From IMG/VR virus record IMGVR_UViG_3300011008_002687, positions 47,270 through 111,269 of that record: a DNA stretch of 64,000 nucleotides; one strand, 5' to 3'. The stretch comes from a virus. Taxonomy: Duplodnaviria; Caudoviricetes. How positions within the stretch are numbered: position 1 is the stretch's first letter; every line of letters starts with the position of its first letter. A program made the position numbers and the translations under genes. The notes below the pieces were generated by a model, which did no database searches, was not told the DNA's origin, and saw only the letters and a program-made list of their open reading frames with translations. This document shows, piece by piece, positions 8,114 to 18,116 of this stretch.

Positions 8114-9949
8114 TTACGCAGCGTCAAGTTCCGCCTTCCTGCTGGGAATGAACACCGACCGCCCGGAGACATTCCGACCACGATAAGAAGACGAATAATG
8201 CAGATTCCGATAGAAGATCCCGGCCGCCAAGGCATTAGTCCACATACCACCGGATATAGCCACAAGCCAACCGGCGTTACCATTCCAGGTGTAATCACCA
8301 ACAGGCAGGGCACTGGTGCCGGAGAATTCCACACCAACAAAGATCCAGTCATAGTCTTCACTATAACCAAAAGCGCTGATGTAGTTGCCGCTGGTGTACG
8401 GAATACGGATGCCGGTGTCTTCATAGGGTGTAGCACCGGTGTCATCAGTAAAGCCGTGATCAGCCACATAAACAGTGCCGAACATGCCAGCCGCAAAACC
8501 GGAAGGATTCTGGATGTTGAAGCCGTCTTCCCACTTCCAGATGTTGCCCAACAGGTTTTCCTCACCACGATAGGACACAGCCTTCTGATGGTTGGCATTC
8601 TCTGCTTCACCGGAAGCGTTGCCAAGGTTCACCGTGGCACCGGTCAGTTCAGCCATGTTGGTGCTGCCGTCATCGGTCTTGTCCACAATGCCCTTGCCAA
8701 TGACGGTCTGACTGTTGAAGCTGCCGTACTCAATCAGCATCAGCAGCTGGGTACCGGCCAGCATGACAGCGTTCTGCTGTTCCCAGCCGTTGCCCATGTT
8801 GTGTGCCAGCTTTCTGGTGTTCGCCCTGGTCAGATTCTGTGTCAGGCCGGAAATGGGCTTGGCATTGGCAATGGAAGCCAGCTTGTCACCCGTGCTGACC
8901 GTGAAGTCAGCAACCTGATCATCATCCAAGATGTAGGCAGAAGCAGACACGTCATACAGGCAGCCTTCAAAGGCAGACTTGTAGATGAAGTCATCAACGG
9001 TTTTCCCCTCATTCATAGTGAACTGGGGATGGATCTTGAAGCCCTTCTTCGGCACGTCAGACACGTAGTATCTGATCTTCTTGGTCTTCCAGCCCTGGCT
9101 GACACCGTTGGCATCAAAGACTTCTTCAATGGACAGCGGCACAACCTTGTAGTAGAACTTCGGCTGTTCCACCATGACCTGAACCATGGTGCCGATAGGA
9201 TAGGTGACACCGCCTTTTTCCACGGCCTGAAGCAGTGCACCACCGGTGGTGTATGCAGTGTCACCCTGGTATGCCAGGACAACACCGTCAGCCGTCATGA
9301 TGCAGCGCTTTCTGCCGCCGAAGGCATTGATGCTGTCAAAACCAGCACCACCGGACTTGTTGACTGCACCGGCCAGACGGGTGAACTTCTTGTTGGCAAA
9401 GTCCACTTCAACACCATAGATGTCATTGTCAGAATATCCGACAAAACCCTTCAGGTCAGCAATTTCATCTTCCAGGGCATCAATGTCTTCAACCGTTGCA
9501 TAGGCACCGGAATAGACGCTGATGTCCACATCATCAGAATTGCCAACCGTGGTGTAGATCTGAATATAGGCAGAAGACACGGTGACACCTTTGTATGCAG
9601 GCATGTAGCAGAAACCGGAAGTTTCCACACACACGGCATACAGGATTTCACCAATGTCAGGATCCGTGGCATACAGGCCAAGGGAACGGAGATAGTACCC
9701 GGCAGCCAGTGCTTCATTGGTGAAGGCCGTTTCAACCTTCACAGAAGTGTGATTGGTGATGGTCACCCTGGTCACGCTGTTGGTCTGCTTGATCTGTTCC
9801 AGTGCAGTCAGACTTTCCAGCTGACTTTCTGCATAGGTCTTGGAAGACGTGCAGACCTTAGTGAAGACCAGGCTTGCCTGACCAGCAATGATCTTGGCAA
9901 CAAGTGCCTGACCTCTTGTGGTCAAATAAAGTTTGCTAAATTCAGCCAT
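8114..9949 (-). CDS. Tail fibre / receptor-binding protein, DGR target (C-terminal CLec/FGE-like domain)
   Basis: Tail-collar-like N-terminus; GNIWKWEDG and SGGxW...GRSV C-terminus containing VR; follows baseplate genes. Confidence 0.9.
   Translation of the reverse strand: MAEFSKLYLTTRGQALVAKIIAGQASLVFTKVCTSSKTYAESQLESLTALEQIKQTNSVTRVTITNHTSVKVETAFTNEALAAGYYLRSLGLYATDPDIGEILYAVCVETSGFCYMPAYKGVTVSSAYIQIYTTVGNSDDVDISVYSGAYATVEDIDALEDEIADLKGFVGYSDNDIYGVEVDFANKKFTRLAGAVNKSGGAGFDSINAFGGRKRCIMTADGVVLAYQGDTAYTTGGALLQAVEKGGVTYPIGTMVQVMVEQPKFYYKVVPLSIEEVFDANGVSQGWKTKKIRYYVSDVPKKGFKIHPQFTMNEGKTVDDFIYKSAFEGCLYDVSASAYILDDDQVADFTVSTGDKLASIANAKPISGLTQNLTRANTRKLAHNMGNGWEQQNAVMLAGTQLLMLIEYGSFNSQTVIGKGIVDKTDDGSTNMAELTGATVNLGNASGEAENANHQKAVSYRGEENLLGNIWKWEDGFNIQNPSGFAAGMFGTVYVADHGFTDDTGATPYEDTGIRIPYTSGNYISAFGYSEDYDWIFVGVEFSGTSALPVGDYTWNGNAGWLVAISGGMWTNALAAGIFYRNLHYSSSYRGRNVSGRSVFIPSRKAELDAA
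8153..8285 (-). repeat. DGR variable repeat (VR) at 3' end of tail-fibre gene
   Basis: A-to-N-only differences from TR. Confidence 0.97.
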
Positions 9950-10093
9950 AACATTTCTTCCTTTCTTGAAAACTATGATAGTGTATTATTTCAATGACCA
10001 TCATCAGGGACACCGTATGCCTTCCCATAACCACCTGCAAGCAGGGACACCGTATGGTCTGACATAACCACCTGGATCCGGATCACGGAAACC

Positions 10094-10723
10094 TTAGTGA
10101 TTATCAGATGTGATCTGATACATTTCTGTGCTGCTGATGACACCGGCAGACACACCGCCACTTGGCCGGAAGGTTTCACACCAGTCCTGTGTCAAGGTGA
10201 TCTGTGCATGGGTGGTCAGCCTTGCAGCAAAGGTATTGTTGCTGATTATGGTGCACATGATCTGATTGATGGAATACACCACGATGTTGCACGGCAGCAC
10301 TTCATTGAACAGTTCATTCAGTTCATCCACCTGGCCAAGGTTTTCCAGGTATGTTGTGATGGACAGCAGATATTCTTCAGTGAAACTGCCGCTGACAATG
10401 TAGTGATTGGCACCACACAGCACGTTCAGTTTCTGAAGAAATGTCTTCATGGTGTACGGCAGCAGATTCACCCAGTTCACCTGCACCCTGGATCTTCTGG
10501 ATTCCAGGTTGTCATGTTCATCTGGGATGATACCCATGATCTTTTCATATCTGCTGATGCCATATTCATCTGCCGTGCTGATGAAATGATTATACAGGCA
10601 GTGATCCACGGCATCCCATATCAGGATGAATTCCGGATTTTCTGCTTCCAGGGCAGCAACCTGTTCTTTGTATATCTGCAAATATGGGGGAAGGTATGAA
10701 ACCAGATCAACCTGTCTAACCAT
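10094..10723 (-). CDS. Baseplate/tail protein (XkdU/YmfQ-like)
   Basis: YLPPYL...F..TA...G..RYEK pattern; follows baseplate J. Confidence 0.7.
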   Translation of the reverse strand: MVRQVDLVSYLPPYLQIYKEQVAALEAENPEFILIWDAVDHCLYNHFISTADEYGISRYEKIMGIIPDEHDNLESRRSRVQVNWVNLLPYTMKTFLQKLNVLCGANHYIVSGSFTEEYLLSITTYLENLGQVDELNELFNEVLPCNIVVYSINQIMCTIISNNTFAARLTTHAQITLTQDWCETFRPSGGVSAGVISSTEMYQITSDNH

Positions 10724-11939
10724 TGATCACACCCCCAAACGTAGGAATCTGATACTTGGTCAAGGTGATGTTGTTTTCAGATCCGTTCAGCAGGACGCTT
10801 TCAATATCCAGCACACCTTCCACGGCCAGCACCCTGGATTCAATCTGGGAAACACGGACAACCAGATAGTCACTGTCTTCCCAGTCTTCACGCAAAGACT
10901 GAAGGTATTCATCAACAGTGCCTTCAATAGCATCCTTGCAAGCTGACCAGCTGTAGCCGGTATTAAACTGAAGACCTGTCAGCTTGACACTGATGGTCAC
11001 CGGTGAAGCAGATCTGACATTCACAACATGGCCGATTGGTGACAGGCCATAACCTTCACCAGTCATGGCATCCGGATCCAACGTGTTCTTCACAGAACTG
11101 ATCAGTGCAGGACTGGCTTCACCATAGTCATCACTGTCAATGATAGTGATCAGCACTGTGCCGCCAACAGTCAGCTTTCTGGATGCAGCTGCCGTATAAA
11201 CAGCAGTCAGCCATGTAGCCACTTCATCAGACAGGCCGCTGATCACCGATTCATACCAGGTATCCACATCTTCAGAAGGTACCAGGTCAGCAGGCTTGAT
11301 GTCACCATTCCAGACACGTTCAACTTTCACGGCACCAACACCGTTGATGCTTTTGACCTTATCAATATAGTCAGCACGGTTGCCGCCGAAGGCAAAGGTA
11401 CCAAAAGAATTGAAATACCGTGTCCGTAGGACTTCAGTGTCTTCTTCATCTTCACCAGGTATCAGCACTTCATCCAGTGTGGCCGTTTCCAGTCCCTGAA
11501 TGTATTCCATTGGAATCAGGTTGCCAAAATGCTGATTGCCGGTGATTCCAGCCGTTTCACACTGCACCTGATAGGTTCCGGCAGCGGCATTGATTGCAGA
11601 CAACACCACGTAGTTCAGACTGTCCAGGTTGAAACGCTGACCGATCAGTGCAGCGGATCCAACACTGGCCGGTGTGAATGTGGCCTTCAGCACCGCCTTG
11701 GTTGCCGGTTCAGGTTCTATGCCACGGTCTTTGCACAGAAGGATCAGGAAGTCACGTGATGCAGTGTCACCATAGCCGTCCTTGATCATCTGATCCAGTT
11801 CAATGTACAGCGTCTTCAGTTCAATGGCCGTAGGTGAATGTGTATCATAGATGACGGATCCTTCACGCTTGTCCAGGGAAGACGGCACCCGTGCCAGCAT
11901 TCTGTCCCTGATTTCTTCATAGGTCACATCTTCATACAT
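10716..11939 (-). CDS. Baseplate J/gp47 (XkdT-like)
   Basis: DKREGS..YD, G.DEE..E.LR.R, GGNRADY, PIGH motifs. Confidence 0.88.
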   Translation of the reverse strand: MYEDVTYEEIRDRMLARVPSSLDKREGSVIYDTHSPTAIELKTLYIELDQMIKDGYGDTASRDFLILLCKDRGIEPEPATKAVLKATFTPASVGSAALIGQRFNLDSLNYVVLSAINAAAGTYQVQCETAGITGNQHFGNLIPMEYIQGLETATLDEVLIPGEDEEDTEVLRTRYFNSFGTFAFGGNRADYIDKVKSINGVGAVKVERVWNGDIKPADLVPSEDVDTWYESVISGLSDEVATWLTAVYTAAASRKLTVGGTVLITIIDSDDYGEASPALISSVKNTLDPDAMTGEGYGLSPIGHVVNVRSASPVTISVKLTGLQFNTGYSWSACKDAIEGTVDEYLQSLREDWEDSDYLVVRVSQIESRVLAVEGVLDIESVLLNGSENNITLTKYQIPTFGGVING

Positions 11940-12343
11940 CAGAAATTCACCGTCCTTTCTTCTTTTATGTCACCAAAGACGGTGTGAACAGTGAATTTCA
12001 CGGCCACAACACCCTTCCTGGACAGATCAAATTCAAAGTCCGTCACGGACAGGATCCGTTCATCCCATGTCAACGCTTCAGTGATTCTTCTTTGCAGTTC
12101 AGGGCACACCCATGAAACAGGTTCCCCAAACAGATCCATCAGTTCAACACCGTAGTTCCATGAATACATTGGATACTTGTACCGCTCTGTGTTCAGTATC
12201 TTGAAGACAGCCTGTTTCATGGCATCAAGGCCGTCAACATATCCCCTGGTGGTGTTTCCTTCAAGATTCATCTTGTATGTTTTGCTTGGCTGTTCAGTGA
12301 TTTCAAAATCACTGGCTAAAAATCCGGAATTGGAAGGTATCAT
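11939..12343 (-). CDS. Baseplate wedge protein (XkdS/DUF2634-like)
   Basis: KILNTERYKY..YSWNYGVEL motif. Confidence 0.8.
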   Translation of the reverse strand: MIPSNSGFLASDFEITEQPSKTYKMNLEGNTTRGYVDGLDAMKQAVFKILNTERYKYPMYSWNYGVELMDLFGEPVSWVCPELQRRITEALTWDERILSVTDFEFDLSRKGVVAVKFTVHTVFGDIKEERTVNF

Positions 12344-12741
12344 GATTTCTTACCTATCCTGTCTATGATCACGAATTTCTGACCACCAAACTTCCGTATC
12401 AAGACCACTTCATCACCGACAGCCAAGCCATTGTGCACGGTGATCTGTTTCTTTCCGGAAATTCCGTGGTTATGGGATGCAAAGGACGCTTCCCCTGATC
12501 CACCTGATCTGTATCCGGTTGCCCAGTCAACAGTGACGTTTGTTGTGAAGTCCATCACGTTTCTGGTCAGCACTAACTGCTTTTCACCAAGGATGAACTG
12601 CTGTTCAACATTGATCTGAAGGGGTGATACTGAAATCACCTTGCCAAACAGCACGTCCGTTGGTTTTTCAGCCATCAGTGCATCAAGTGCAGCCTTCTTC
12701 AGTGTTTTCAATAATTCCGTTGCATCAGGCAATGAATTCAC
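12340..12741 (-). CDS. XkdR/DUF2577-like spike protein
   Basis: GKVISVSPL...L.VGDEV....GGQKF motif. Confidence 0.75.
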   Translation of the reverse strand: MNSLPDATELLKTLKKAALDALMAEKPTDVLFGKVISVSPLQINVEQQFILGEKQLVLTRNVMDFTTNVTVDWATGYRSGGSGEASFASHNHGISGKKQITVHNGLAVGDEVVLIRKFGGQKFVIIDRIGKKS

Positions 12742-13705
12742 CCCCTCTTAAAGTCAAGTCCATCCAATGTTCTGATTCATTGAAGGTATGGACGCATTTT
12801 TCCACCAGCATGAAGTTCTTCACGTTGATGTCACCAAGGCCAAGGTTGATGACCACCATGGATCCGGCACGGACACGGCAGTCACCGAAGGCCTTTTTTA
12901 CCACCAGTTTTCTGGTCTTCTGATTGTACAGCTTCAGCAGGGCATCAGCCTTGGCCTGACCGTTTTCACCCTTCTGAAGGGTGTCAAAGTATTGCAGGAT
13001 GCCCCATTTGTTGATGTTTTCACCGGACTGTGCCACATAGACTTCACGGATACCGGTTTCATCATTGTCATAGGTCAGCTTTATCCTGTTGAATGTCGCA
13101 TCATCAATGCTGCTGGTATAGTCAAAGTTCTGGCCTGTTTCTTCATCAATCATCAGGTATTGGCCATTGCTGCCCACACGCATCTGATCAAGGCTTTTCA
13201 GCGTTAGACTGCCGAAGTCATCATAAAGGATGAACATGTTGCCTGTGTTGGTCAGTGTCAGATCCAGTGCATTGCCGATCATGTCAAATAGGGAAGTGTT
13301 TTCTTCCACCCTTGATTCAATGACATAACCTGTATCAGCAATGGATCCAAGGTTCAGCGTATAGTCATTTGCCAGCATCCGGATGAATTCTGATGCCTTC
13401 TTGCCTTCATAGGTCTTTGTGTCCTTGTTCTGAAGATACCGCATCTGGTCATAGGCAGTCACGCTTATGATCTGATCACGGTTCCTGGATTTCTTGAACA
13501 CCCAGCCATAGAAGATTTTCTGGCCATCAACTGTCATCCGGACTGGTGATCCTTCCTGAAAACTGATGATTTCATCCTTCAGGACTTTGAATTCCAGCTT
13601 TCCAGGTGTACCAAACCGCTGTGTTGTCCACTTTATACCGTCTTCCACAGCAGGCTGGTACACCGTATTTCCATTTGCAATCAAAAGTTCAACCATGTTC
13701 ACCAT
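12725..13705 (-). CDS. Baseplate hub (XkdQ-like)
   Basis: AYDQMRYL, WGILQY motifs; position. Confidence 0.78.
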   Translation of the reverse strand: MVNMVELLIANGNTVYQPAVEDGIKWTTQRFGTPGKLEFKVLKDEIISFQEGSPVRMTVDGQKIFYGWVFKKSRNRDQIISVTAYDQMRYLQNKDTKTYEGKKASEFIRMLANDYTLNLGSIADTGYVIESRVEENTSLFDMIGNALDLTLTNTGNMFILYDDFGSLTLKSLDQMRVGSNGQYLMIDEETGQNFDYTSSIDDATFNRIKLTYDNDETGIREVYVAQSGENINKWGILQYFDTLQKGENGQAKADALLKLYNQKTRKLVVKKAFGDCRVRAGSMVVINLGLGDINVKNFMLVEKCVHTFNESEHWMDLTLRGGEFIA

Positions 13706-13710
13706 CCTTT

Positions 13711-14397
13711 CTATGCTGGGGGAATGACCAGCACATCACCGGCATAGATCAGATTGGGACTTCTGCCCTTGAACACGTTTGGGTTTGCATCATAGATCTT
13801 CGGATACAGGGCACCATTGCCGTAGAACTTCCGTGCTATTGCCCACAGGCAATCACCCCTGACCACCGTGTATGTGGTCTGTTGTGGTGGTGCAGGGGAT
13901 GATTCCACAGGTCTTGGTGCAGGTTCCGGTGATGCAACAACCTTCTTCTGCTGAATGGTCATTGCCACTGTTTTGGTTCCGTAGTCCTTCCACTGTTTCA
14001 GGCTGATCTTGACCTTCACATCAAAGCCAATGTCTGCACCTTCCTGGATCTGATAGTCTTCCAGGGACACCTTGATGTTGGTGTTGTACAGCGCCCTGCC
14101 ATTAGGAAAAGCCCTGGTGATGATGAACTGGAATGGTTCCTGTGTGACCTTCAGTTCTTCAAAGTAGTCCAGGAAGTAGGACGCATTCTGAAAGCCGCTG
14201 TTGTACACGGCAAAAGGATACCGCACGTTTGGCAGCAGACATTCAAATTCAATGTCCGTCAGTCCAGGCTTCTTCAGGATGTTGATTTCACCTTCATTGA
14301 TCAGTGTGACCTTCTTGTTTTTCCCATTGATCTTTATCTTGCAATCCTTGGGGGTGACAGGAAGAAGGCCCTTTTTCAGGTAAAACATATATGCCAT
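13711..14397 (-). CDS. LysM tail protein (XkdP-like)
   Basis: C-terminal YTVVRGDCLWAIA...PNLIYAGDVL. Confidence 0.88.
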   Translation of the reverse strand: MAYMFYLKKGLLPVTPKDCKIKINGKNKKVTLINEGEINILKKPGLTDIEFECLLPNVRYPFAVYNSGFQNASYFLDYFEELKVTQEPFQFIITRAFPNGRALYNTNIKVSLEDYQIQEGADIGFDVKVKISLKQWKDYGTKTVAMTIQQKKVVASPEPAPRPVESSPAPPQQTTYTVVRGDCLWAIARKFYGNGALYPKIYDANPNVFKGRSPNLIYAGDVLVIPPA

Positions 14398-17300
14398 TAG
14401 TCATGCACCCCCTCTGTTAGTTCATCCACCGCTTCATTCACCGCATCAGTCAGACCGCTTACAACACCATCAAGATCCATGTCATTGTTGATATTGTTCT
14501 GCATACCGGACATGTCAACGTGAATTTCTGCTGTGGTATATCTGTTTATAGCTTCTTGTTCAGCAATGTCACGTAAATACTTCAGTTCTTCCTTGGTAAC
14601 GTCCAAGGATCCTGCAATAGCTGCCGTATTTCCGGCTATGTCACCAACACCGGATCCAATGTCACCAACACCGTTGGCCAGCTGTGTGGCAAGATCACCA
14701 CGGTCAGACAGACCTTCAACGTCAGTGGAAAACATGTCAGTGAATCCATCAAAGAAGCCGGACACGCTTTCAGAAACACCGTCACCCCATTCAGCACCAG
14801 CGGCAAAGGCATCTGAAGCCCATCCTTCCTGGAATGTGTCAAAGGTGTCCATGCCTGCATCAAAGGCAGCACCGGTGTCCATGTAATTTTCATTCAGCTG
14901 ATAGGTTGACATGCCTTCCTGGAAGGCAGACAGCAGGCTTTTATAGTCTTCTTTTCCTTCATAGGCAGCAGCACTTTTGGCAGCATATTCAGAAGCAGCG
15001 TTTGCAATCCCTGAATAGTCAAATTCCACGAATGGCAGCTTGTTCAGGGCAGCTGCAATTCCGGCAACCACCGTCAGAACATCCGATAACAGTCCATACC
15101 ACCATCCGGTGACGTTTGCAATGACATTGTGAAATGCTATGCCGATGTTATCACACACGGCACCAAGGGCATTCCAGATGCCAAGTGCAATGTTTGCTAT
15201 GGACAGTCCCAGGTTGGAAAATGCTATGCCAATGTTGGTCACCACAGCCTTGATCCAGTTCCAGACACCAATGGCAATATTGGCAATGGACAGGCCAAGG
15301 TTCTTGAAGAATGCGCCCACCGTTGCAATACCACCACAGATGACACCAAAAGCAGAATTGGCAGCGCCTGTAGTGTTGGCAATCCACTGGCAGACGGCAA
15401 TCAATGCCGCAATCAGTGCAATGACGGCCAGTACAATCCAGGTGATAGGACATGCAGCCAATGCAGCATTCAAGCCATACTGTGCAGCCGTTTCAGCAAA
15501 AGTGGCACCAGTAGCCATCATCTGTGCAGCAGCCTTGGCAGCTTCGGAAGCGGCATGAATGCCGTTTGCCACAGCCACAATGCCGGAAATAACGGCATAT
15601 GCAGACAGGGCAGCCACAATTCCAAGCACTATAGGTTCAATCCAAGACCAGTTATCCTGGATGACCTGTGCAAACTCTATGGCACCTTCCAGCATGTTCC
15701 CCAGGATGCCAAGCACCATGGCCAGCGCATCTGTAAAGCCTGCAACCAGTTCAGTGATCTGTGGCCAGTTATCGTTTATGATCTGGACAAAACGGACAAT
15801 GTACGGATACAGCTGCTGTCCAATCATTTCTTTCATATCACCCCATGCATTGGTCATCTGGATAATCTGACCTTCAGGGGTGTTGCTCATTGTTTCATAC
15901 AGATTGCCCCAGGATTCATCAATGACCTGGCTGATCACCAAGGCCGCCTGCATTTCATCAGACAGGGATGCATAATCATCACCAAGCACTGCCGTCAGCT
16001 GATCCTGTGTGGCCGTGCCTTCAATAATGGCCTTCTGGGCTTCCGTAAATTCAAAACCCTTCTTGGTCATGGCATCATAGGATCCTGTCATGATCTTGCC
16101 AAGGTTGGTGGCATAATCGGTCATCTGGGTGGTATCCAGTGCACCACCGCCAGACATACCCATGGCATAGTTGGACAGGGTGTCCATCATGGTTGTGATT
16201 GCATCAGTATCTGTGAAGTAGGTGGCAAATTCAGCACCAGCGGCAATCATGGCTTCATCACCATAAATACCCTTGGACTGAATTTCACTGGCCTTGTTTG
16301 CAACGGCATCAAACTGACCAAGCAGATAGTCAGTTCTCATTTCCGGTGTCACGTCAACCGTGGTGCCGTCAATGGTGCTGACCAGATTGCCAAATTCATC
16401 AAGTGCCAGTGTGTCATCAATGCCCACAATGAATTCAGGCACTTCAGACCAGTCAGCCATGTTTGCCAGAACCGTCATCAGCTGATTTTCTGCATTCAGC
16501 TGTGTATCATACAGTTCAGTGGCTTCCTGGATGAAACCAATGGTCTTCTTGATGCCAGCAACACCAAGGAAGCCAGCAAAGGCCGTCCGGATCATGTTGT
16601 TCAGACCGGAAGCCGCCTGTGTGCCCTGGTTGATTGCATTGTTGAATGCACCCTGTTCACTGACGTTATCCCTGATGTAGCCTTCGGTTCCCCTGATGGT
16701 TCCGGACAGCTGAAGGTATGCAGCATTGATCCGTTCAGGATCAGCGCTGTCAATGGCAGCATTCAGTTCTTCCTGTGCCTGCACCATTCCATGCAACTGT
16801 GTCCGTAACTGTTCCAGTTCAGCATTGGCTTCATCAGTGTCCATGTTCAGCTTATTGCTGCTGATCTGCTGGATCCGCTGCTGAATGCCCTGAAGCCGCT
16901 GTCCAAGATTGGTGATGTCCTGCAAGGCAGCATCCGGTAGAATATCCAGTCCTGAAGCAGTCTGTGCTATATTCTGTTGTGTGGTGTTCAATGTGTTCAG
17001 CATCTGCTGTGCAGACTGAACTTCTGCATTGAACCGTTCAATGCCGGTATTCTGGAAGATCTGGAAGTCCTGCTGCCATTCCACCGGCACGGACATATCC
17101 TTCAGCTGATCACTAAGCTGTGCCTGTGTCTGAAGGGTGTCAGCAATGGACTTATTCAAGGCTTCAATCTGAAGCCTGGTAGTTTCAGAATCCACTTCAA
17201 GTGGATTCTGTTCAATCTGGTTCAATGCCTGCTGCATCTGTTCAATTTGAACAGTGGTGGCATTGATTTCACTTCTGGTTTCATCGGACAGAATATCCAT

Positions 17301-17900
17301 CTGCTGACCGGCAGCAATGATTTCATTCTGTCTTTCTCTTACCTGCTGAAGTGCAGCGGATGCCAACTGGATCTGCTGCTGATACTGTTCCACACCTGAA
17401 AGATCAGGTTCTGTCACTTCTATTTCAGGCTGTTCCGTCACAACTGGTGTGACAGGTACCGTCATTTCTTCAGGAATGTCAATGACAGGCTGATCTGTTA
17501 CAGAAGCAGTAACAGGTACAATTATTTCATCTGGTACATTTATAACCGGCTGATCTGTTACAGCCGGTGTGACCGGCATTGTCACAGGGGGTGGATTGGC
17601 AAGCTGATCATTGGACAGTCTTGGCTGATTAGGCATGACCGTTTCCGGCATGACCGGCTGATCCATGTTGATCACCGGTGCACTGATTCCGGCCAGTGCT
17701 TCAGCCAGTTCCCTGGCAGAAGCGGCAGCAGCATCAATGTCTGCCCTTGCACCGTCCATGTTGCCCGTATCCACACCGGCATTCATGACCTGCTGCATCT
17801 GTTCCATGCTGTGCACGGCATCAGACACAGTGCTGACCATGCTTTCCAGGACAGGGGAAAAGCTGTCCTGAAGTTCAATACCTGTTCTGATACTGGACAT
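14397..17900 (-). CDS. Tape measure protein
   Basis: 1167 aa, Ala/Gln-rich, hydrophobic repeats, follows tail chaperones. Confidence 0.9.
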   Translation of the reverse strand: MSSIRTGIELQDSFSPVLESMVSTVSDAVHSMEQMQQVMNAGVDTGNMDGARADIDAAAASARELAEALAGISAPVINMDQPVMPETVMPNQPRLSNDQLANPPPVTMPVTPAVTDQPVINVPDEIIVPVTASVTDQPVIDIPEEMTVPVTPVVTEQPEIEVTEPDLSGVEQYQQQIQLASAALQQVRERQNEIIAAGQQMDILSDETRSEINATTVQIEQMQQALNQIEQNPLEVDSETTRLQIEALNKSIADTLQTQAQLSDQLKDMSVPVEWQQDFQIFQNTGIERFNAEVQSAQQMLNTLNTTQQNIAQTASGLDILPDAALQDITNLGQRLQGIQQRIQQISSNKLNMDTDEANAELEQLRTQLHGMVQAQEELNAAIDSADPERINAAYLQLSGTIRGTEGYIRDNVSEQGAFNNAINQGTQAASGLNNMIRTAFAGFLGVAGIKKTIGFIQEATELYDTQLNAENQLMTVLANMADWSEVPEFIVGIDDTLALDEFGNLVSTIDGTTVDVTPEMRTDYLLGQFDAVANKASEIQSKGIYGDEAMIAAGAEFATYFTDTDAITTMMDTLSNYAMGMSGGGALDTTQMTDYATNLGKIMTGSYDAMTKKGFEFTEAQKAIIEGTATQDQLTAVLGDDYASLSDEMQAALVISQVIDESWGNLYETMSNTPEGQIIQMTNAWGDMKEMIGQQLYPYIVRFVQIINDNWPQITELVAGFTDALAMVLGILGNMLEGAIEFAQVIQDNWSWIEPIVLGIVAALSAYAVISGIVAVANGIHAASEAAKAAAQMMATGATFAETAAQYGLNAALAACPITWIVLAVIALIAALIAVCQWIANTTGAANSAFGVICGGIATVGAFFKNLGLSIANIAIGVWNWIKAVVTNIGIAFSNLGLSIANIALGIWNALGAVCDNIGIAFHNVIANVTGWWYGLLSDVLTVVAGIAAALNKLPFVEFDYSGIANAASEYAAKSAAAYEGKEDYKSLLSAFQEGMSTYQLNENYMDTGAAFDAGMDTFDTFQEGWASDAFAAGAEWGDGVSESVSGFFDGFTDMFSTDVEGLSDRGDLATQLANGVGDIGSGVGDIAGNTAAIAGSLDVTKEELKYLRDIAEQEAINRYTTAEIHVDMSGMQNNINNDMDLDGVVSGLTDAVNEAVDELTEGVHD

Positions 17901-17906
17901 GACGTT

Positions 17907-18116
17907 TTATCCTTTCTTTCTTTTTCCTTTTGAAGCCTTCCGCTTCAGTTCACGTTCTTCCTTCTTGTCATTTTCGGCCTTGATGTCAATGGCCGCTATA
18001 ATGAAGGCCTTTTCCGGTTCATCCAAGGCAAGAAACTGTGAAGGCAAAATGTGAAGTTTATGCAGACAGTAGTATGCATAATTGGCTTCAGCATCACCTT
18101 CATTTATCAGTTTTTT
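17907..18116 (-). CDS. -1 frameshift extension of tail assembly chaperone
   Basis: Slippery A AAA AAC at 18110..18116 then open -1 frame LINEGDAEANYAYYCLHKLHILPSQFL... to TAA at 17907. Confidence 0.75.
   Translation of the reverse strand, partial: KKLINEGDAEANYAYYCLHKLHILPSQFLALDEPEKAFIIAAIDIKAENDKKEERELKRKASKGKRKKG

Noticed and set aside
7841-9997. 718-aa plus-strand ORF (also 15129..16808, 18916..20457, 22368..23450, 41849..43678)
   Set aside because: Antisense shadows of well-supported minus-strand phage genes; no recognisable motifs
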